From Squalus acanthias (taxonomy: Eukaryota): DNA of 64,000 nucleotides. The notes below the pieces were generated by a model, which searched no databases, was not told the origin of the DNA, and saw only the letters and a program-made list of their open reading frames with translations. Position numbers and translations under genes: made by a program. Of this stretch, positions 42,101 to 51,191 are shown piece by piece (the stretch's first letter is position 1; every line of letters starts with the position of its first letter). Location of the stretch: positions 23,622,001 through 23,686,000 of the forward strand of contig CM059443.1 in assembly GCA_030390025.1 (NCBI GenBank), in the 5' to 3' direction.

Positions 42101-44803
42101 GTTTGCTGCACTCACACAACTGCTTGAGATTCATCTGAATGTAGATGGCCTGTATACAGCTGACTTTGTACTTTTAAGAGTTGGTTGCAAATAGACTGAA
42201 TGTAAATCGCAGCTCTACAAAGTACCAGCTGATCAATTCAGAGCCATTGTGGAACATTCAAAGCCCATAGAAAACACACTTGGTCTTTCACGTGTGAACA
42301 TTGTAGTGGAAACTGAAAAAAACAAGAATTATAATGGCTGAATGCTGTTTTCTACCGTCAGTTTATTTCATGTGGACAAAATGTTTTTGGAATACCAGTG
42401 GCTCCAGCCTGTGTTTTTTTTTGTCTAACCCAATGTACCCTCTTACTGGCAATAATTTGATTTCAACAATGCATGTTTATTTGACACATTCAGTTTCCAG
42501 CGTATGCAATGGTTGTACTTATTGCGTCCAAGCTCTGCCTCCCTCTAATTGGCTGAATCCAGTGCATCTTGTGTGGTACATTTGACACTAACACTAATTT
42601 TTAGTGCCTATGATGCATTCCCAACCTAACCTGTCCATTGTCACATAAAGATGCATCACAATTAATCTCTCACTAAGTAATTGTAAGAGTCACATAATAG
42701 CATTCTTTGTATAGTGGGTTGAGGATTGCCGACGACTCCTATTTGCCTGGAGCTGACACACTGCTCCTGTGAGATTACGGTCTCATTCTTGCCAAAACGG
42801 TGAAGAAAAAAGCTGCCCTAGCAGTTTGAATGTTCATGATGCATTTACAATTGTAGCAATGTACACGTTACTAATGGGTATTACGTATATCCAGCATGCA
42901 TCAGGCCAGCACTGTATTCAATTCATTCTACTTTATATGCTCAGTGTGTGTGTTCCATTTCCATTAGTTACACTGGCATGTTTTTTTTTAAACCGATATG
43001 GGCCAGTTTTTAAGTTGCTACTCATAGTTGATTTTAAAGGCTACTTCAAAATTCTGGCTAGAACGTACTTCACTCTGGTACAGTTACAGAAATCATACCT
43101 GATGTATGTCATTACTTCTAGACAGTGTAGAAAATTAACTCTCAGCTTCTGGACTTGCCCTCCAAATGCGTGTATATTAAGAGATCCATCATTTCAGTAA
43201 AAGGATGACAGAAAAGTGCAATGAAATAGTAACTACGTTTTTTTTTAAAAATGGAATTTCGCTTCGCTAGAAAATGTTTAGTGATTTTGAAATAGTACAT
43301 TGTGGCAGTATGTGTCAAATAATCTGTTTCATTTCATCTTCCCAGTTGTGGAACGAATCAATTCATGTGCATCTATGTATAGCCGTTCTATCCAGGGTCA
43401 TCACATGTGTCTTTTGGTGAAAATGGTGAGTATGAGCCTCGAACTAGAATATTGTGATGCATCCTTGTCAAAAGCCTTTTATTTGTGTATCATCCTTGAC
43501 CGTCATCAGTTTCTGAAAACAAGCATGTGACTCCAATAGTTTAAGCCCATCCACAGAATTTAGTCACGGGTTGTAAGTTGGCTCCTCGAATCAGACAATT
43601 ACTTTTAAGACCTGCTTGAAACTGTCTGCATATCCTGTTTGTGTATCATGCTTATCACACGGAGTCTTGCTTTGGTTGGAGACTTCTGCAGGATGCCACC
43701 ACTATCTTCACTGCTCTTTTTGTAAGGTTGGTTGATAGCAGGGAAGAATCTAGAGATTTATACCTTCGTTTCCAAATGTGCTGCAGAGTAAAACCTACCC
43801 TAATGTTTCTTGGCCTATTTATGCTTTAAAATAGGTTGGTTTGTTTCGGGATCAAGAGGACAGTGTAAACTGGGTTAAGAAAATTCATATATTCTTCAGT
43901 AACTTAAAATTATTTGATTGAAAATTTGCCTCGAAACCACATAATTTTAGGAGTGTTCAGTGTATGTTTTGGGGAGCCTGGAGTACCCATTTAAAAACAG
44001 AATTTTGAAGTTTGTGTAATACTTTGTAAGTACTGTTCTAACCTCCCCAATGCAATTGATTTGAAATAAGTGGTCTGTTCATTCTACTATTAGCAGATAT
44101 CACCATATTGCCCCTAGCTGGAAACCTGTATGAGGCCAGCTGTGTTGGGTCTCCTGGTTGTGAGAGCTATTCTGCAGACGTAGGCAACTTGTCTGCCAGT
44201 GAGAGGCTTCATTGTGGGAGCGAGGATTAGTGTCCCACATGCCAATCCTGGTCTTATTCCCACTATTTTTTTAAAAAAATGTTCGATATACTCCCCTCTT
44301 ATCCTGACTTATACTGGAATAAAGTTCCAAAGCTGTCAGCAGCCCATTGGTATCTCACCCAAGTGGCCATTCTTAAGTCTAGACAGTTGAGTTTCAGGCA
44401 TTTCGACCACAAAGGGCATCACAGCTGAACAAGCACATCAGTCAGTAGTGCCGAGGCTGATTGTAGTACTCCTGCCATTGCCTCAGCACCGACAAATGAT
44501 AAAACTTGGTCTTAATAGCTCAGGGTCACACTGGGCATTTAATTTGCCAGCTTAGTTAGGGGAGCTCAGGATTTCGCCAAGTCCTTTCAAACTGAAATAT
44601 TGAATTTGGAAGCAGACTTTAGGAGATAAATTCTATTTTGATAGTGAACTGACCTCTCCTGCATTTATGCTAAGTGTGATGAATTACAATTTTATTTTAA
44701 ATAGGGTGATAACTCCATCTCTGTGGATGGGAAATGCAACGATTCTACCCTTCTGGGAAACCTACTTGATGAATTGAAGCAGACATTGACAGAAAAGTGC
44801 TGA
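99..44803 (+). CDS. AP3D1: AP-3 complex subunit delta-1, 5'-partial multi-exon gene (26 coding exons in window, 2964 nt spliced)
   Basis: Spliced translation runs from FGALTPLEPRLGKKLIEPLTNLIHSTSAMSLLYECVNTVIAVLISLSSGMPNHSASIQLCVQKLRILIEDSDQNLKYLGLLAM to GDNSISVDGKCNDSTLLGNLLDELKQTLTEKC*. It matches vertebrate delta-adaptin from memory. All junctions are GT-AG and phases are consistent. Confidence 0.97.
1900..1949 (+). CDS. AP3D1: AP3D1 exon (TSAMSLLYECVNTVIA)
   Basis: ctttgcAG ... G|GTaata, 50 nt. Confidence 0.95.
2547..2895 (+). mobile_element. Deu-domain SINE (AmnSINE1/SacSINE1-like)
   Basis: Core gatcccatggcactatttgaagaagagcagggga...caaattggct; related copies at 21826-22140, 47107-47400 (-) and 61445-61860 (-). 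Confidence 0.7.
2905..4110 (+). mobile_element. Degenerate L2-clade LINE, RT region
   Basis: Frame-broken motifs LDPIP, NYRP..KVLE and FHVYADDTQVYLS. Confidence 0.75.
4110..4590 (+). mobile_element. Old CR1 LINE 3' fragment
   Basis: gttaggccacagttaaaattgtgtccagttttgg (VRP.L..CVQFW) and RGHKLK-like tail region. Confidence 0.55.
4867..4916 (+). CDS. AP3D1: AP3D1 exon (VLISLSSGMPNHSASIQ)
   Basis: ctacAG ... CAG|GTaaca, 50 nt. Confidence 0.95.
5125..5457 (-). mobile_element. CR1/HER1 LINE 3' end
   Basis: Reverse complement matches the 3' end of the CR1 at 52100-52447. Confidence 0.85.
5600..5648 (+). CDS. AP3D1: AP3D1 exon (LCVQKLRILIEDSDQN)
   Basis: ctattcAG ... T|GTaagt, 49 nt. Confidence 0.95.
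6195..6340 (+). CDS. AP3D1: AP3D1 exon (LKYLGLLAMSKILKTHPKSVQSHKDLILQCLDDKDESIRLRALDLLYGM)
   Basis: cttgcAG ... ATG|GTaatt, 146 nt; inside ORF 6167..6349. Confidence 0.97.
7951..8099 (+). CDS. AP3D1: AP3D1 exon (VSKKNLMEIVKKLMIHVDKAEGTTYRDELLTKIIDICSQSNYQYITNFEW)
   Basis: ttggtAG ... TG|GTgagt, 149 nt. Confidence 0.96.
8295..8525 (+). CDS. AP3D1: AP3D1 exon (YISILVELTRLEGTRHGHLIAAQMLDVAIRV...AAWICGEFSE)
   Basis: acacAG ... GA|GTatgt, 231 nt; inside ORF 8233..8796. Confidence 0.97.
9005..9155 (-). mobile_element. CR1 3' tail fragment
   Basis: ataggagtaggccatccagcccc...ccatatcccttgat. Confidence 0.75.
9266..9497 (+). CDS. AP3D1: AP3D1 exon (HLQEPNQTLEAMLKSKVTTLPGHIQAVYVQN...ADLEVQER)
   Basis: tttccAG ... 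CGG|GTatgt, 232 nt. Confidence 0.96.
11409..11554 (+). CDS. AP3D1: AP3D1 exon (ASCILQLIKYIQKLQTKDVPVAEEVMALFAGELNPVAPKAQKKVPLPDG)
   Basis: ttttccAG ... GG|GTgaga, 146 nt. Confidence 0.96.
11860..12200 (+). mobile_element. Old SINE-like interspersed repeat (family not named)
   Basis: Shares ctagg(c/t)tcacacatgaaaaatga(c/t)cactt...agaactgtacccc with 6530-6660; related copies at about 9760-10030 (-), 12530-12760 (-), 19680-19990 and 44290-44560 (-). Confidence 0.55.
13400..13550 (-). mobile_element. L1/Tx1 LINE RT fragment
   Basis: ORF 13371..13703 contains LAAPVPSEEFLQAIDSFQ..GPGPDGFLIEFYEK..APEL, the L1-type PGPDGF..EFY motif. Confidence 0.65.
14317..14461 (+). CDS. AP3D1: AP3D1 exon (LDLDAWINDAPSESSSDDESTKKTIFHEEEQ...DEDELAR)
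   Basis: ctcttcAG ... AGG|GTaaga, 145 nt. Confidence 0.95.
14464..16965 (+). mobile_element. 5'-truncated degenerate CR1 LINE (endonuclease remnant + RT + 3' tail)
   Basis: VVYRLPNS and IIGDFN (APE endonuclease); PLFKKG; AFDKMPH and GIPHGSVLGPQLFIIYINDFD (RT); LGLYSLEFRRMRGDLIETYKIL; many frameshifts. Confidence 0.92.
17100..18190 (+). mobile_element. Degenerate L2 LINE 3' half
   Basis: CADNTWLY (YADD-like), NLGVLFDLELS, TKTAYFHL, TSSLDYSNALL, KLQLVQ. Confidence 0.72.
18590..18980 (+). mobile_element. L2 LINE 3' fragment
   Basis: cacctatcatcccagtcctcactaacctttattgg...gacttcaaaatcctcatc (PITPVL..L.W..FKIL). Confidence 0.55.
19359..19430 (+). CDS. AP3D1: AP3D1 exon (RREVRKQEQANNPFYIKSSPSPQK)
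   Basis: catcctAG ... AAG|GTgagt, 72 nt; conserved NNPFYIK hinge motif. Confidence 0.95.
20421..20496 (+). CDS. AP3D1: AP3D1 exon (NYQDASGVEHIPVVQIDLTVPLRVP)
   Basis: gatttcAG ... G|GTaatt, 76 nt. Confidence 0.95.
21263..21459 (+). CDS. AP3D1: AP3D1 exon (GMPLSDQYLKLEEERRQ...HDSLHTESDEDIAPVHHVDIITEEMPE)
   Basis: gtgcacAG ... GAG|GTtagt, 197 nt. Confidence 0.95.
21826..22140 (+). mobile_element. Deu-domain SINE
   Basis: tcttttggatgagatgttgaaccaagg...gaagaagagc...ctggtcatttatc; homologous to 2547-2895. Confidence 0.65.
22140..22446 (+). repeat. CT-rich low-complexity / degenerate microsatellite
   Basis: Runs of (CT)n, (CG)n and T. Confidence 0.7.
22848..22968 (+). mobile_element. CR1 3' tail fragment
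   Basis: aagggatatg...gatcagccatgatcttattgaatggcggagcaggcttgaagggccgtatggcctactcctgctc. Confidence 0.8.
23250..23323 (+). CDS. AP3D1: AP3D1 exon (NALPSDDDDKDPNDPYKALDIDLDK)
   Basis: ttgtttAG ... AA|GTaagt, 74 nt. Confidence 0.95.
26048..26201 (+). CDS. AP3D1: AP3D1 exon (PLTDNEKLPVRTHRVTEKKSPEVE...KDKEKR)
   Basis: ttttaaAG ... AGG|GTaaac, 154 nt. Confidence 0.92.
26549..26855 (+). mobile_element. HE1-type V-SINE (tRNA head, V core, HER1/CR1-like tail)
   Basis: Pol III A box tggcatagtgg and B box ggttcgaatcc; V core gtggagtttgc..ttctccccgtgtctgcgtgggtttcctcc; tail gatgggccgaaatgg...ctgcactgt. Confidence 0.88.
27405..27538. mobile_element. hAT-type MITE, 134 bp
   Basis: Perfect 14-bp TIRs CAATGTTCCCTTTA / TAAAGGGAACATTG; perfect 8-bp TSD TACTCAAC at 27397-27404 and 27539-27546. 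Confidence 0.9.
28128..28259 (+). CDS. AP3D1: AP3D1 hinge exon (KSREKVSKKHKKSYENAENEHAAPKEEMITPTSKEEANEKPTGE), phase 0-0
   Basis: polypyrimidine tract + ggcacAG acceptor, GAG|GTgagt donor, 132 nt, open frame, K/E-rich like its neighbours. Confidence 0.82.
28770..29660 (-). mobile_element. Degenerate L2 LINE
   Basis: Minus-strand TEAIVFDPRHKLRT, AYFYL and TIPILSW remnants; abuts a + strand L2 3' piece at 28565-28760. Confidence 0.72.
29784..29837 (+). CDS. AP3D1: AP3D1 hinge exon (GSDLDFWLSNDPVQSKSQ), phase 0-0
   Basis: ttcctgttaAG ... CAG|GTcagt, 54 nt; DLDFWLS motif of long vertebrate AP3D1 isoforms. Confidence 0.9.
30355..30620 (+). mobile_element. tRNA-headed SINE with LINE-derived tail
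   Basis: agtggtg...gagtttaaatcccaccatg head; tail ggaatgggcaatagatgtagcc; second copy at 41265-41600. Confidence 0.62.
30800..30877 (+). CDS. AP3D1: AP3D1 hinge exon (PEPLRNEVASEPEETLKEKEDKEEDA), phase 0-0
   Basis: ctttttgcAG ... GCA|GTaagt, 78 nt, acidic. Confidence 0.82.
31550..32830 (-). mobile_element. Degenerate L2 LINE with a nested CR1 tail (32205-32360)
   Basis: Minus-strand LLDLYAAFDRVDHTI; interrupted by acagcacagaaacaggccattcggcccaaccagtccatgccggcg... Confidence 0.72.
34180..34320 (+). CDS. AP3D1: AP3D1 exon (KSSKHKKKKHKKDKSKEEKKSKKKKHHSDEEAPESVQNGSLDDEPLP)
   Basis: ctgcattAG ... CCG|GTatgt, 141 nt. Confidence 0.92.
35125..35760 (+). mobile_element. Old CR1-like LINE 3' region
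   Basis: ALERVQRRA, RLNELGLYILEK.R..G.LIEMYKIMKGL. Confidence 0.65.
35797..35844 (+). CDS. AP3D1: AP3D1 exon (PMSSYYLLAENSYVKM)
   Basis: ttttacAG ... ATG|GTgagt, 48 nt. Confidence 0.95.
36247..36940 (+). mobile_element. CR1/L2-superfamily LINE 3' end
   Basis: VTIDQKLNWTSHI, LSTVYKAQVRSVMQYTPLAW, LDSIQDKAARLI, WNSLP; tail gggcaattagagatgggcaataaatgctggccttgccagc. Confidence 0.85.
37030..37175 (-). mobile_element. CR1 3' tail fragment
   Basis: aggagcaggccactcggcccttcgagcctgctccaccattcaat. Confidence 0.78.
37756..38110. mobile_element. Tc1/mariner (Tigger/pogo-like) MITE, 355 bp
   Basis: 26-bp TIRs CAGGAAACTCTCTTTTAACCGGCACC / GGTGCCGGTTAATAAAGAGTTTCCTG (2 mismatches); TA on both sides. Confidence 0.88.
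39048..39237 (+). CDS. AP3D1: AP3D1 exon (MCDIQGNLQDGSQVVVSVIFENQSSGYLKSMEFNVLDSLNTKL...VPFQLPP)
   Basis: ttactAG ... G|GTaaga, 190 nt; ear domain. Confidence 0.95.
39415..39580. mobile_element. Decayed Penelope terminal repeat
   Basis: tgctggaaat...cagcatctgtggagagaaaa...gttaacgttt, same family as 57050-57185; another remnant at about 40470-40535. Confidence 0.6.
40046..40134 (+). CDS. AP3D1: AP3D1 exon (EVSNEARFVFTVESIVMPQKLKGTLTFIIK)
   Basis: ttctgaAG acceptor (tandem AAG-AAG), AAA|GTaagt donor, 89 nt. Confidence 0.92.
40225..40310 (+). CDS. AP3D1: AP3D1 exon (TDDGSSHEKLDFKLHFTCTSYMITTPCYS)
   Basis: ccccAG ... AG|GTttgt, 86 nt; preceded by a 90-nt intron. Confidence 0.95.
41265..41600 (+). 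mobile_element. SINE sharing its 3' tail with the LINEs at 36247 and 53645
   Basis: acccaactggttcact..gtccttcagggaagg..cctggcctatatgtgactccag...caccacct..ggatgggcaataaatgtagccttg. Confidence 0.65.
41960..42081 (+). CDS. AP3D1: AP3D1 exon (DAFAKLLESGELKISSIKVDGISISFQLLLAKICFHHHFS)
   Basis: cttttgcAG ... G|GTactt, 122 nt. Confidence 0.96.
43346..43425 (+). CDS. AP3D1: AP3D1 exon (VVERINSCASMYSRSIQGHHMCLLVKM)
   Basis: cttcccAG ... ATG|GTgagt, 80 nt. Confidence 0.96.
44705..44803 (+). CDS. AP3D1: AP3D1 terminal coding exon (GDNSISVDGKCNDSTLLGNLLDELKQTLTEKC*)
   Basis: aaatAG acceptor; TGA at 44801-44803. Confidence 0.95.
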   Translation, partial: GDNSISVDGKCNDSTLLGNLLDELKQTLTEKC

Positions 44804-45395
44804 GCTGTTGTAAATCGCACTAGAACTGTATTATGTTTTCCCCTGAAAGCATGAACTACATAACACAAGGCATGTGCATTATTTATCTTCACAGTCATTT
44901 ACAGTTAGACATCCTGATTGCGTGTTCCAAGGTTTTTTTTGTTTTCTTTGGCCACTACTCCACGTACAGTTTCACCAGAACCTCCTAATGCAGCCATGTG
45001 TATTGTACTGGTTACCGAGACCAGCAGACATTCAGATATCCAGACTCCTAGAGTGTATTGAACTGGTTTGTGTATTTCAAATTGATACTGCATTCCTGAA
45101 GAGTTGAACTGTAGTGATGCTGTGCAAGCAGCTGTGAACCCAAAGTAGTCTGCCAGTCTGTGTCAGAGACTGAACATTTACTTTAAATTTGTCTTAATTA
45201 AATGTTTATTCCAAAAAAAATAGTGGTGTTTTGTTTGATGGTCAAAACTGTCAAATTAGCATGTAGAGTTCTCTTGTAGAATCCTGTGTGTTGATTCTAG
45301 GATTTTGAACAATGTGTTTAAAATAATTTACTATCAACATTCCCTCTTGGAGAAAAAAAAATGACAAGCTGCTGTATCTTTTGTGTCGATAAACC

Positions 45396-45401
45396 AATAA
45401 A
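45396..45401 (+). terminator. Probable AP3D1 polyadenylation signal (3' UTR about 600 nt)
   Basis: AATAAA followed within about 30 nt by a T/GT-rich tract; weaker ATTAAA at 45197-45202. Confidence 0.6.
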
Positions 45402-45906
45402 AATGTAAAAACTTCTGTTGACTTCTGCCTTTTTTCGTTTATTTTTCATCACATTCCAGCAGGTGCCTTCTGTCCTTGAATAATTAGCCGGGCGGTCAGG
45501 CAAATGGTTTTTGAACTTGTTCCATTGCATCATTTCCTGGTCTTGGCCAACTTGCCGAGTCTGACCGTGGGGCTCCAGGGACACATCAGGTTTTTTCCTT
45601 TTTTATATGAAATCTTTTACCGAAGGTTAAAAAGCCACACATGATCAAGAACAAACTTTATTTGTCTGTCTACCTTGTTTATATAGTGCACAGTACACAC
45701 TTCCTCGCCGCAAACCTTACTTCCTTTTGTCACTTTTTGTAAATTGCTACCTCCACATTTGCTGTGTGTCAGTCACCATCTGACCACTAGGTTCTGTGGA
45801 ATGGGTTCCTGATGTAACACACTCAATTCCATCACCATCTTGTATATTTGTTAAAAAATCTTAAGTTCATCATGGACAGCACCACAGGCAGTTTACTTTT
45901 TTTTTA

Positions 45907-46314
45907 AACATAGAAACATAGAAGATAGGAGCAGGAGTAGGCCATTCGGCCCCTCGAGCCTGCTCCGCCATTTAATGAGATCATGGCTGATCATCCAAAT
46001 TCAGTACCCTGTCCCTGCTTTCTCCCCATATCCCTTGATCCCTTTAGCCTTAAGAAATATATCTATCTCCTTCTTGAATATATTTAATGAATTGGCCTCA
46101 ACTGCCTTGTGTGGTAGAGAATTCCACAGGTTCACCACTCTCTGGGTGAAGAAATTCCTCCTCATCTCAGTCCTAAATGGCTTACCCCTTATCCTTAGAC
46201 TGTGACCCCTGGTTCTGGACTCCCCCGCCATCGGGAACATCCTTCCTGTATCTAGTCTGTCTAGTCCTGTTAGAATTTTATAAGTTTCAATGAGATCCCC
46301 TCTCATTCTTCTAA
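45907..46314 (-). mobile_element. Young CR1 LINE 3' end
   Basis: ORF 46001..46330 is nearly identical to the C-terminus of ORF 51240..52355. Confidence 0.92.
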
Positions 46315-47106
46315 AATTCTGTTGGGTCATGACAGGGTCTTACTAAAAGCTAGTGTTCAGAATTGACATCCTAAGTTTAATTACTACACTGTTTTGCTTT
46401 ATATAAACTGTTCCACTGCATGATTTCAAGGGTTATTCAAGTGCAAGAGGTAGGACTTGAAATTCAACCCCTAAAAAGAATTGAAGAAAACAAAAGTTGA
46501 CAAAATTGGAAGCATAAGTTTAGCACTTCAATTTTTTGAACATTAGACTTCTAATACAGGATTTATTACTTAACAGAATTTTAAAAACTTTGCTGTTAAT
46601 CAGTCATTTAATGCTCAGTGGCTTATAAGTAGCCAACCTGCCAGAACCCTAACCGACAAGCTAGACTCCAGAATCGCCATTCTGATCTGGCTGACTTCCC
46701 TCTGTGCCACTCACTCCTTCCAAACTTCAGCTATCTCTGTCCAACTCCCCCCAGGCTCCAGCTGCCTCCTCTTTCTTCCCGCCCCCACCTAGTTTCTCTC
46801 ATCTGTTACAGCTCCTGGTAGCCTGTCCTGATCCGATTCCAGTCCTCACCTCTAACTTGCTATGTACCTTGGATTTTAACAAGGTGAGATATGGAAATGT
46901 GTGTACATTCGTAAAGGAACATGGGCAAGAGTTTTACAGAGCTTTTGATAGACATAGAGAAGACTTGTTAAAAAAATAAGTGTCGGAGACAGATAGACAT
47001 CATAAGTGTATGACATCCATACAGAGAGGGAAAAGTGGTGTAGAAAGATGGAGAGAAGAACAAAGAATTAGATTGGAAAAGAGGAGAAATAGTTCGAAAT
47101 AATTTA

Positions 47107-47400
47107 TAGCACCTTATCATGTAATTTCACACTGAATTATTTTTGAAGCCTTGTGCTGGCAACCATGACAATTATTCTGTCAGTAATATCTCATAAGCAG
47201 CAGTGAAATTAATGACCAGTTAATTCTTTGTGCTATTCTATTGGCTAGGATACCAGGAGAAATCCCTACACCTCTTCGAACAGTGCCTTGAGATCCGTGT
47301 CCACTGAGGGGTGCAGATGGAACCTTGGTTTAATGTGTCCTGACAATGCAGTGCTCCTTTAGTACTGCATTGGGAATGTCAGCCTAGGTTATGTGCTGAA
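47107..47400 (-). mobile_element. Deu-domain SINE
   Basis: Reverse complement of the Deu core (ctcttcgaacagtgcc..gatcc..ccttggtttaa). Confidence 0.6.
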
Positions 47401-48939
47401 GGGGGAGTTTTCTTTCTTCATGAGCAGTGCCAACAAGAGGTTGACTAACCTGGTGTAATTCTCCTGTTAGGAAAAGGGTGTAGGTGTATTCCTGATCTAT
47501 TGTGAACAGTGTTAAGATCAGCTAATATATTTTCAATTTTCTCCCTCACCTAATTATTTGGGATTAAATTGAGGATTTTTTCTAATGATGTAGAGAAGTT
47601 TGTTCCTACTTCTCTCGACATTAGTAGCACAGGTCTGTACACTAGAGAATAATTAAATCTTTGCACCAATATTATTTTGAAGTAGTTGATTTAATATTCA
47701 AGACTGAAGAGTGCTATTTTCTGTTGAACAGTTGTCTACACAGTTTTTTGGCATTTGGGGCATGCTTCCATAATCACTGGAAATTGGCTGCATTGGCTTT
47801 CAAACCTCTTTCTGTGGTGAATCCCATGCAAATATTAACACGGTCCCAGAGGCCCCATGACCTGAGTTCCAAAAGACCGTGTCCTCTACCCAAAGGATAA
47901 TTGTCATCATTGCAGAAAATGTTTTAGTGTACAACAACGGAAGTAATGAGCTAGTAAGTAGAAAGTACAGAAATGTTATGAACTCCAGGAGCCCCTAGCA
48001 GCTGGTGACCCCATTTTAAAAACATGATGGACTGAAACATATTTCTGCCAAATCTCCTGTGTTTATAAAAAAAAATGTTTTAAAGCTATGTCTCTATCTT
48101 CCCTTTTCTTTGCACATGAATTTCAGTGGAAAATTTGCATCATGAGGGCGAGACTATAGGCATAATTTTTCTGTTCGATTCCTGACGATTGTGTCATGTT
48201 GGTTGCAGGTTCCACTTCTGAATGTTTGAGCTAATCACTAGTAGGCATGCAGCATGGTTGTATTTTACAGCTGTTGGTGGAGGTTTAGGTCATTGTATTT
48301 CATCCTTCTGTAGGATTTATTTAACATCCATCTACAAACACTTGGTCTGATATTTCTTGTGAAACTTGATAAATGTGTACTATTATGACAAGAAACAACA
48401 TATTCTTTCTCCCCTGCTCCCTCCACACATGCATACCCTGGCTTAGAGGAGCTTTCTACACCCAAAATGGATCATTTTATAGCGATAGTCATGGAGCTGG
48501 GGTAAGGCTATGTCTTAATGAGTCCATATAAAAGCGAATTTACAGGAGTTTTTAAAATTGCATTTAATTTGTGTCCAAATGCAGACTTTTTTCTGTGGTA
48601 ACTAAAGATCAAATGGAAATATCCTGGTTGCCTGCTTGCTGCAGTATGTCTTATTTCAGCCTACAGCTGGTCTATGCATTTAAATTCTTAATTGCATTAA
48701 TGAGATTTTCAGGATGGCAACCATTCACTTGGAGAACAATGAAAGACCACTCATATGACAATATTGAAGTGTGTGTGCTTGTAATCAATCAAGAGTACGA
48801 ACTTGAATTTAAAAACTAATATATATGAAAATATTTTTTAAATTTGTATTAGAAACATGTATTGTTCACAAGAAGGAGGAACTTGCATTTATATAGCACT
48901 TTCATGACCTCGGGATTTCCCAAAGCGCTTTACAGATAC

Positions 48940-49260
48940 GTATCAAACGGGGTAGATACAGAGAAACTATTTCCTCTGGCGGGGGAATCCAGAACAAGGG
49001 GGCACAATCGTAAAATTAGAGCTGGGCTACTTAGAAGTGAAATCAGGCAGCACTTTTTCCTCTCTCGGGGTAGTGGAATTCTCTCCTCCAAAAGGCTGTG
49101 GATGCTGGATCAATTGACATTTTCAAGACCGTTAAATAGATTTTGTTTTTGTTAGGTAAAGGGTAGCAAGGGAAATGGAGTTGAGGTGCAGATCAGCTGC
49201 AATCTGATTGAATGGTGGAGCAGACTCAAGGGACTGAATGGTTTACTCCTGTTCATATGT
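48940..49260 (+). mobile_element. CR1 LINE 3' end
   Basis: VDTEKLFPLAGESRTRGH..KIR plus CR1 tail. Confidence 0.8.
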
Positions 49261-50991
49261 ATATGTGAATTGAAGCTGGACACCTTCCACAGGCTTTGAT
49301 GCTATCTTATTTTTGGTCTTTCTACCCTTATTCACTAACTTTCACACAGGTACAGACAGCACTATGACAATACAGTACATTACTGTGTAAGTAGTATTTG
49401 ATGGGATGCTTTGGAGCCACCATTCTAACATGTTCTTCAGTTTCTGGAAGAGTTCCCCCAGGACCAGCCAATTCTCCCAGTGTATAGAAGAAGCTGGCAG
49501 CACACAGCATCTTTCATCCCACCTGTTGCAAGAATCTGGTATTAGCTGCAGTCATTTGTACCTGTCCATAACACCCTACAAAGTCTAGTGATTTCTGTGT
49601 GGACATCCAGTACTCACAGCACAGATGTGTAGTTCTGCACAACTCCTTGAAACTGCAGTCTACAGTGGAGCACTTGGCAATCCTGTGGCCTTTTGCAATG
49701 GAGCACCCAGATGGCAGAGATCCTTTGCATGGGGATGTATGGTGCTCATGGGCTCAAGTGTACATCAGCCTCTTTTACCTAGCTTCAAAGTGTTAGGGTA
49801 TTGAATGGAGACAGCCATAATCCAGGGCTTCACAAACCTCTAGGCTGCCCACAGGCCTGCTTCCCCTGTAGATCAGTGGACATGCTGAGGGGGAGCCCAG
49901 CAGGAGCATAGCTGGATAGACATGAATAAGGCAACTGCCTCTCGGGTTGATGCTACACCTGCTGTTGCTACTCCACCCTCATTCGAATAGAAAATGTACC
50001 AAATAGCAGGCAAGATCAGCCAACCACTGATGGCATTGAATATGATGAAACCAGTGCAGAATCACCAAGACCCAGCACAATGAAGTACAGTCACTTCAAT
50101 TCCAAGAGGCTCCCAATAATACCCAGTAGTCAGACTCCAAAGTTACTCCTGCCACTGGCAAAGCACCTTGGGAAGAGCACTAGCTTAGGTTCTCAAAGAT
50201 ATTTAGCATACACTGTTGCAAGGCTGAAACCATACCATTTTTGCAGTATTATATTTGGTTGTCGTTTATTACAACTTAGTCTAGAAAGTTTTTTTTTTCC
50301 CGATGGTGCAGAATAAGGTAACAGCAGGTAAAAATGTTGGGCATCCATGTTAGTTGAGCTAGTGCAGAGGATGCTTTTGTGAGGGTTTATTGAGTCCCTA
50401 CATAATTCATGAGCACACAACTGTTAATACACAAGACTCAGGCACTTAGTTGAACATCCTGTCTGTGAGAACCTGGCGTACGACTCCTGATGCCTGAAAA
50501 ACACTTTTGGGGGGTAAAATCTCTTAATTCTCAGTCCTGCAGTTGGATACCATCCACTGGGTTAGGCCTGTCAGAATGACAAAAGTTGTGTAATATGTTG
50601 CAGACAACAATGGCTTCTTTACAAATAACCCAGGCACCTTTAAAATGTGAGAATCATGATTGCTGTCTGGAAAGCAGGCATTCACCTTTAATACTCAATC
50701 TAGTAGCCATTTTAAGAATATAGGTTGCAGTAATGAAAAGTTGCACAATTTAGCTTTTAAGAACTCATGTTCTGAACAGCCTTTACTGTCCATCTAATTG
50801 CCAATTGTGCCCAGCCTTATCTCAATGTTAATTGCATATGTTGTAATAAAATTAGGCTTATGAAGATACAAGTGCACTTTAGGCCAGTTGGAAGATTCAA
50901 CATTGTGTGATTCAGACAGTATCTGGTGATAAGGATCTCTGCTTGATTTCCTGGCCCCGGTCTCGTCTCTTCTGCACCAGGGCCAGTCATC

Positions 50992-51086
50992 CTGACGAAA
51001 GGTCTTCGACCTGAAACGTTAACTCTGTTTCTCTCTCCGCGGATGCTGCCTGGCCTGCTGAGTTTTTCCAGCGTTTTCTGTTGTTA
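50992..51086 (+). mobile_element. Penelope-derived mini-element carrying a minimal hammerhead motif
   Basis: CTGACGA-A-AGGTC-TTC-GACCT-GAAACGTT-AACT, followed by the PLE terminal repeat; near-identical inverted copy at 62497-62590. Confidence 0.75.
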
Positions 51087-51191
51087 TCCTGCCACACAGA
51101 TGGTTTGCCAGAGTGTCAAACATTAGGGAGGTACTGAAGCTTTTACAGCAGAAGTAAGTTAGAACTTGTGGCTCCACACTTCCCCTAATTC

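Noticed and set aside
49350-50200. Possible highly decayed L1/Tx1 3' region on the - strand
   Set aside because: Only faint motif resemblance; cannot be supported without alignment
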